A stretch of 64,000 nt of DNA from contig JBHLOJ010000002.1 in NCBI GenBank assembly GCA_048940605.1, positions 17,742-81,741 on the forward strand; not shown here. Reading direction: 5' to 3'. Positions within the stretch are counted from its first letter, which is position 1. The stretch is from Promethearchaeota archaeon (GTDB lineage: Archaea > Asgardarchaeota > Lokiarchaeia > Sigyniarchaeales > SOKP01). Below: more notes on the stretch, generated by a model. That model ran no database searches. It was not told where the DNA came from and was given only the letters and a program-made list of their open reading frames with translations.

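Overview
The window is AT-rich (about 30% GC on lines I counted by hand) and looks archaeal. It has a TFIIB/TFB homologue, T9-T10 tracts just after several stop codons, PGF-CTERM-like C-terminal anchors and frequent GTG/TTG starts. I saw no rRNA, tRNA, CRISPR array, transposase or integrase. All translations were read by eye and no searches were run. There are three zones. (1) 1-16.3 kb is an accessory region that resembles a defence island. It holds a large Type IIG-like N6-adenine methyltransferase, which runs off the left edge and is absent from the ORF track. It also holds a 566-aa unknown, a PLD/HKD nuclease with zinc ribbons, an orphan minimal nucleotidyltransferase, a membrane-anchored AlbA_2/Schlafen-like protein and a tightly coupled three-gene operon of unknown function. 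A 1352-aa secreted protein interrupts this zone. (2) 16.3-30.9 kb is a cell-surface cluster. It holds a 755-aa secreted repeat protein, a divergent TFB paralogue, an S8 subtilase, a 1518-aa double beta-helix (NosD-like) adhesin with an Ig-like repeat array, two further proteins and a small wHTH regulator. (3) 31.3-64.0 kb is the main observation: one uninterrupted + strand reading frame. It runs from ATG 31300 to the window end, 10,900 complete codons with no stop and still open. The supplied ORF track does not list it because it has no stop inside the window. It encodes an N-terminal domain of about 15 transmembrane helices fused to an enormous beta-rich, sequon-rich ectodomain that is not DNA-repetitive. 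That ectodomain contains a split LamG domain and modules shared with ORF 16351..18618. Further hydrophobic segments occur more than 10,000 residues downstream of the start.
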